Source of the DNA: Macrostomum hystrix
Lineage: Eukaryota > Animalia > Platyhelminthes
Direction of reading: 5' to 3'
Length of the DNA: 64,000 nt
Assembly: GCA_950097015.1 (NCBI GenBank)
Contig: CATNEN010000002.1
Span: 8,494,001 to 8,558,000, forward strand
The notes under the pieces were generated by a model. It searched no databases and was not told the origin of the DNA. It worked only from the letters and a program-made list of their open reading frames with translations. A program made the translations under genes and the position numbers. Positions 57,884 to 64,000 of this stretch are shown here, piece by piece. The number at the start of each line of letters is the position of its first letter. Positions within the stretch are counted from its first letter, which is position 1.

Positions 57884-60800
57884 ATGGGTTCGTGTCTGTC
57901 ATGCAGAAAATGCCAGCGCTATTTCTACTATCTGAGGGCTAGGTAAATATAGCCTCATTTTGATCTTACCACTCTCTGCAGTCAGTGCTACCAAAATTAA
58001 CTAACGGCAATCGCGGTAACGATCATTGCTAACCATTTGGTAACGAAAAAATACCAAAGAATAGTAACGGTCGTTACTTTTAATCGTTACTGCTGTTTTT
58101 TATGTAAGCATTCTATAATTACGGGTAGCTTTGTTTATCGGTCATTACGCATATCATATGATTTGATATCTCCAATATCGTCCGCTTTTTAGACTCCGTT
58201 ATCATTATCACTCTCACTGATGTTGACCATTTCGGGCTTGAGTTTAGTAGCCATAAGATGACATGGAGATTTAGATTAGATTGATAATATTGATGATAGA
58301 TGACAGTTTAAAATTGTCGTCAGAGTAAAGTAACGGACTATAGTCAGTCTATGGATTGAAAAATTTGACTATTTTTATACTAAACTAGTAGTTCGGAAAT
58401 AAAAGAGACAATTTATTGCAGGGAAATTACAGTGCTGCTAATTTGTTATTAACTTTTTTTCGGAAACTGGCAATAAAAACAGGTAACGGGAAATGCATAA
58501 TGTTGGTAACGACTCGTTACCAGCCCCTGGTAACGTGAAAAGTAACGTAAAAAAGTAACGATTTATACCAATTTAACAAGTAACGCGCCAAATATGCCAA
58601 GCAACTTTGGCAAGATAGCTATTCCTCAGTATTTAAGAGACACTAAACTAAATTAGTTAAAAGCTCAGCCAAGCCCTCTTGCCAATTTTTAAGGCGCGCG
58701 TTGAAAGCCAAAAATCGGCGAGTCGGTCGCGGTGGCGACAGTTCCATCGAGTTCAACGACCTCATCGATGTCAACGATGTGAGTTGACAGTTGATTGATT
58801 GAGCTGAAAAGCCTAGAACTGTCTGCACTTTGATGAGAAGCCTGCTAACTCTGCCCTTTGGTTCCGCCAACTTTTTCAGGGCGTTATGGACGATTTCGCT
58901 CTGGCTGCGTAAGTATTTACTGCTCACCTGTGCTCCAAGTCTGGCGTAAGTTACACTCTGATTTGTCCCCCCGGGCCGTTGATTTGTTGAGTCGCAATGG
59001 CAATCAGTAGGCGATTTGTTCAACTTTGCAGCGAGCCAATGGCTGACCTGCAGCACCAGCCAGCAAGCTCATCTGTGCCATTCAGTGTCACTAATTACAT
59101 GCGATGGGTAACGCGCAGTCACAAAGAGCCTGTGTTGTGTGTTCTATGTAGTCTATATCAGCATTGCATGCATGTGTGTAATAGTCGGCTATCAGTTCCA
59201 GTTTGCTCCTACCTAGCATTTTTGTGTTTTTTATATTGAGATTTTTATGTTGTACATTTAAGCACTATTAAGCTGTGTAGCATTGGGCTAATTTCTCCTA
59301 AAGTACACTTTTCCTTCGATGTCGCCCGCCTCAGCGGTTGCTACGCCGCCAGCGAGGAGATTCGCTGCCTGATCCCGAAGGCGCGCCCTCGGCGCAGGCT
59401 TCAAAACCAGGGATTCCTGGCTTCCGACGGCTTCTCCGAGGATGCCGCCACTGATGACGACAGCGTCACCCTGCTTTACCCAGTGGAAGCTCCGGCTTCG
59501 CCAGTGTCGGCTTCCTCAGCTTCGTCCACTACGGCATCCGCTGCGGCTGCAGTTTTTCTCTCGTCGCTCAGCACAGATGCGCACATTGCTACTGTCAGTA
59601 GTTCAGTTGGCAGCTGCTCCTCCAATAACTTTTATTATCACTGCGACTCTGACGATCAATCGGCCGTATTGTCAAAGCGAACCGGCAGGCATAGGCGATT
59701 TGTGCACGATTTCTACAAGGTATCCCCGCCTGGCAAAGGCTTCCTCCGTCTTCTCCGGTGTTGGCAACTCGGCCAAGCTTTTCTCTCATTTACTTTGGCT
59801 CGTGTTTTTATTTGGCTTGATTTCAAGGCTTTGCGTTTGCCGTCTGCTTGGCTTTTGACAATCGGATTTTGTGTTGTATCTTTAAAACAGTGTTTCCTCT
59901 TATCATCACATTTTTTGTATATTCTAAGCTGTTTAGCATGACCAAGGCCAATCATCTTGACCAGCGGCCTTGTAGTTTGACCCGAGATTTCTTAGTTTTA
60001 CCCACAGCCTATCATTTTGACCCATGGCCTCTCAGTATGACCCATGGCCTCTCAGTATGACCCACGGCCTCTCAGTATGACCCACGGCCTCTCAGTATGA
60101 CCCATGGCCTCTCAGTATGACCCATGGCCTCTCAGTATGACCCACGGCCTCTCAGTATGACCCACGGCCTCTCAGTATGACTGACCCGCTGGTCAAGATG
60201 ACCTACTTCTCAGTATGACCCACGGCCTCTCAGTATGACCCACGGCCTCTCAGTATGACCCACGGCCTCTCAGTATGACCCATGGCCTCTCAGTATGACC
60301 CACGGCCTCTCAGACCCACGGCCTCTCAGTATGACCCACGGCCTCTCAGTATGACCCACGGCCTCTCATTTTGACCCACGGCCTCTCATTTTGACCCACG
60401 GCCTCTCAGTATGACCCATGGCCTCTCAGTATGACCCACGGCCTCTCAGTATGACCCACGGCCTCTCAGTATGACCCACGGCCTCTCAGTATGACGCACG
60501 GACTCTAATTATGACCCACGGCCTCTCAGTATGACCCACGGCCTCTTATTATGACCCATGGCCTCTCAGTATGACCCTCGGCCCTTCAGCTTGATGCGCA
60601 ACAGAGCCACCAACTCACGAATCCCAATCCGTATCCCTTCAGCTCTCAGACCAGGAGGAAGCTCTGCGAGTCGAAGGCAGCTGCGATCTTGCGGTGACTG
60701 GCACTGAAGAGGCTGGCGCCTCAGTCCGGCCGCTGATTGGCGCAGGCAACGAAAGTCGGTTTCCATGGCAACAGAAGTTGCAGCAGCAGCAGCAGCAGCG

Positions 60801-61913
60801 CGTCGGCTCAGAGGCCCGTCTGCGAGCCAGTTCAAATGGGGCCAGTCGGGTTCAGATGAGTCCAAGTGAGCTGAATTTTACGATTAAGAGTTTGATAATT
60901 TAATGAGGCACATTTTTTCCTCAGTAGGGGTAGCAGCTTCCATAAGAACCTTTAGGAAATCAGGATCAATGGTTTTTTTTAGAAACATAAGGTTTCATAA
61001 GTTAATGCTTTTCTTAGAAATGTATGGCATCCGGGTTGAGCGCTTTAAATCGCAAGTTACAAGGGATAGAGGCTTTCTAAGAAACATGGGTAACTTAGGG
61101 TAATTGTCTTCTATGAAACGTAAGATTTCGTGGGTTAATTGTTTTCTAAGAAACGTATGTTTCAACGGTAAACTGCATTTTAAGAAGCGTAAGGCTTCAG
61201 GCGTTTATTTCTTTCAGGGAAAAGTAAGGCATCAGCGTTTACGCTTTCTTAGCAATTTTAAATCGATTTCTTAGAAACATGATCGGGCTAGTAGCCCAAA
61301 ACGTGACGCATCGATGGATTTATGCTTTATAGGGAACATATTTTTCCCATAGTTACAAACGAATCAACTGGTTTTCCCAGGTGACAGTGATGAAAGACGC
61401 TCTTTGGATCTGGACTGGGATCACGAGCCGGGTGAGTTGCCCTGAGCACACTGGTCGCTTTGTCAGACCATTCCTGATGCCAACTAATTCTCCCAAATCC
61501 CCATGCTCAAAGAGATGCTCAGTAGCATGCGCCGGTCCAACCTGATGCTGCGCTCCGCCACCGAGGAAGATCTGGCAGCTCGGGCACTGGCTCGCGAAGC
61601 CGAGGCGGAGGCGGAGGCAGCCGCGGCTTGCGCCAGATTCGACCTGTTCCCCGGCCAGACTGCGGCTGAGGCCGCCGGTGGCAGCGACGTCGGGCTGAAC
61701 GGCGGCGCGGACTCCGGTCAGCAGCTCCTGCTGCCAGCAGCAGCCGATGACGAATTGGAGTGGAGCCACGAGTTCGACACGGGCGGCGTCGGCGCCAATC
61801 GCGGCGTCATGGCCGCCTCCGCGCCATCGGGCAGCTCGGCGGGATTTGGCGGCGCTCGACGACCAAAGCGCCTGGGCCTGACCCTGGCAGCTGCGAGGCC
61901 TGCCGAGCTGTGA
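57884..61913 (+). CDS. AP1AR: AP-1-associated regulatory protein (gadkin)-like; exons 57884-57942, 58694-58778, 58880-58908, 59335-59719, 60643-60865, 61381-61431, 61513-61913
   Basis: Seven exons with consistent phases (2,0,2,0,1,1). MGSCLSC N-terminus (cf. MGNCC), SIEFNDLID (cf. TIEFENLVE), DQEEALRVE (cf. LQEEKLRLE), SLDLDWDHE (cf. SLDLEWEDE), RSATEEDL (cf. RSKTEEDI) and ELEWSHEF (cf. GLEWENDF) occur in the same order as in vertebrate gadkin, recalled from memory. Confidence 0.75.
60010..60575. repeat. 20-bp intronic minisatellite (TATGACCCACGGCCTCTCAG)n
   Basis: About 27 units in intron 4 of the AP1AR-like gene. Confidence 0.95.
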
Positions 61914-62174
61914 GAAAAAACTGATTTACTGCTAGTAGTATTGGAATGCGCGTCTTGTGATTTCATACTTGCTTATTGTGATTTTTGCGATGTTTGTTTA
62001 TTTAAAACCCTTGTAAGTCAGATTTTACCTTGCCATGCTTATGGGGTGAAAATGACACCTAAGACAGAAAAATGGCACATTTTGGATAAATGGCACGTGG
62101 TATAATAGATGCAGTCCAGTTACTCGATAGTGGCGCCTTTGAAAAACGGCAGCCTGGATATTGGCACCCTTTGA

Positions 62175-62760
62175 TTCTGGATAATGGCACCGTGGAATTG
62201 AAAGTGGCAGTCCTGTTACTGGATAATGACATCGTGGAATTGAAAGTGGCAGTCCTGTTACTGGATAATGACATCGTGGAATTAAAAGTGGCAGTCCTGT
62301 TACTGGATAATGACACCGTGGAATTGAAAGTGGCAGTCCTGTTACTGAATAATGACACCGTGGAATTGAAAGTGGCAGTCCTGTTACTGGATAATGACAC
62401 CGTGGAATTGAAAGTGGCAGTCCTGTTACTGGATAATGACACCGTGGAATTAAAAGTGGCAGTCCTGTTACTGGATAATGACACCGTGGAATTTAAAGTG
62501 GCAGTCCTGTTACTGGATAATGACACCGTGGAATTAAAAGTGGCAGTCCTGTTACTGGATAATGTCACCGTGGAATTGAAAATGGCAGTCCTGTTACTGG
62601 ATAATGACACCGTGGAATTGAAAGTGGCAGTCCTGTTACTGGATAATGACACCGTGAAATTAAAAGTGGCAGTCCTGTTACTGGATAATGACACCGTGAA
62701 ATTAAAAGTGGCAGTCCTGTTACTGGATAATGACACCGTGGAATTAAAAGTAGCAGTTAT
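62175..62760. repeat. 42-bp minisatellite (GTGGAATTGAAAGTGGCAGTCCTGTTACTGGATAATGACACC)n
   Basis: About 14 tandem units, open on both strands. Confidence 0.95.
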
Positions 62761-63409
62761 TTTGTTCTTTCTCACTCCTGTCCGTTGCCCAGTATTTGCT
62801 GTCGACTTCTGTTGCAAGCAGAAATAATGTAAAAATTATGAACGGACTAAATATTTGTCTGTTTGTCAGTATTTGTTAACTTCAAATTTTCTTTCGTGTT
62901 GATTTGCTGTAATTTGTATTAACTGTATTATTTGTATTAATTGTATTAATTCTTTTAAATCTTCATCAATTTCTGTGTCTCATTGCATAATAGTTAACTT
63001 TTTTGCTCTTTTTTTGTTTATCGTCACTGTAAATCATTTTAATATACTGTACATACTACTCAACTTACCCTGCAATCTGTACACCAACAGTAGTACAGTC
63101 GTCATCTAGTCTACTTTGCCCCGGCTTGCAGCTAGTCTGAAATTTTATTTTATAAAACTGAATCTGCAAAGCGTTTTACAGATTCATTTACTGATGAATA
63201 TTTTATTCATGTGCTACTACTGAGCAGTAGCATCCAGATTTGTGTTTACTTTCCAGTGTTCTCTATGCATCAGCTGAGATAATTATCGGCATTGCCTCTG
63301 CTCTGCTCTGATTTAACTATGCGGTAACTGTCATTGTATTGCGACTTGCCACAATGACCCACGTCATTTCAGTTACTCGCTTCCTTCTTTATTAAAAATT
63401 TGGATCGAG

Positions 63410-64000
63410 AGTCAGATAGAATTGGCTGAGAGTCAGATAGGATAGGCTGAGAGTCAGATAGAATTGGCTGAGAGTCAGATAGGATAGGCTGAGAGTCAGA
63501 TAGAATTGGCCGAGAGTCAGATAGGATAGGCTGAGAGTCAGATAGAATTGGCTGAGAGTCAGATAGGATAGGCTGAGAGTCAGATAGAATTAGCTGAGAG
63601 TCAGATATGATGGGCTGAGAGTCAGATAGGATAGGCTGAGAGTCAGATAGAATTAGCTGAGAGTCAGATATGATGGGCTGAGAGTCAGATAGGATAAGGC
63701 TGAGAGTCAGATATGATGGGCTGAGAGTCAGATATAATTGGCTGAGAGTCAGATATGATGGGCTGAGAGTCAGATATAATTGGCTGAGAGTCAGATATGA
63801 TGGGCTGAGAGTCAGATAGGATGGGTTGAGAGTCAGATAGAATTGGCTGAGAGTCAGATAGGATGGGTTGAGAGTCAGATAGGATGGGCTGAGAGTCAGA
63901 TAGGATGGGCTGAGAGTCAGATATAATTGTCTGAGAGTCAGATAGGATGGGTTGAGAGTCAGATAGGATGGGCTGAGAGTCAGATATAATTGTCTGAGAG
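63410..64000. repeat. 20-bp satellite (GGCTGAGAGTCAGATAGAAT/GGATA)n running off the window end
   Basis: About 29 tandem units. Confidence 0.95.

Noticed and set aside
59340-59362. Second HDV-like TCTCCTCGCTGGC on the minus strand
   Set aside because: It lies in exon 4 of the AP1AR-like gene (plus strand YAASEEI), and no P1/P2 topology fits. Coincidental.
59720-59941. Hydrophobic, TM-like C-terminus of ORF 59483-59941
   Set aside because: It lies beyond the AAG|GTATCC donor at 59719 and is intronic read-through under the gadkin-like model.
62085-62175. Possible LINE ORF2 C-terminal remnant (SIIPRAI on the minus strand)
   Set aside because: Too short and degenerate to support.

Overview
Eukaryotic (metazoan) genomic DNA: GC-rich exons, GT-AG introns, and AT-rich spacers crowded with mini-satellites and SINEs. 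The style resembles a free-living flatworm such as Macrostomum, which is an inference only. Phase-consistent host gene models: a ZNF532/592/687-like C2H2 protein, an S10 serine carboxypeptidase, an acatalytic carbonic-anhydrase-related protein, legumain, two secreted PAN-domain proteins (one with an F-type lectin domain, one with a ConA/LamG-like domain) and a 7-exon AP1AR/gadkin-like gene that the ORF track does not show. Two tandem degenerate-BIR + RING (IAP-like) genes are seen only as their terminal exons. Mobile DNA includes a P-element/THAP derivative with intact TIRs and an 8-bp TSD inside a satellite, Gypsy and Penelope remnants, a MITE, a HINE/DINE-like element with a long palindrome, and two tRNA-derived SINE families. 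The most unusual stretch is about 39.9-49.7 kb, where satellites separate four orphan ORFs: a parvovirus/Polinton-type phospholipase A2, an EEP-fold nuclease/phosphatase with a frame break, a BMT5/DUF2431-like methyltransferase and a possible PC4-like protein. No CRISPR array, rRNA or intact tRNA gene was found. All family assignments come from motif recognition by eye; no database search was run.
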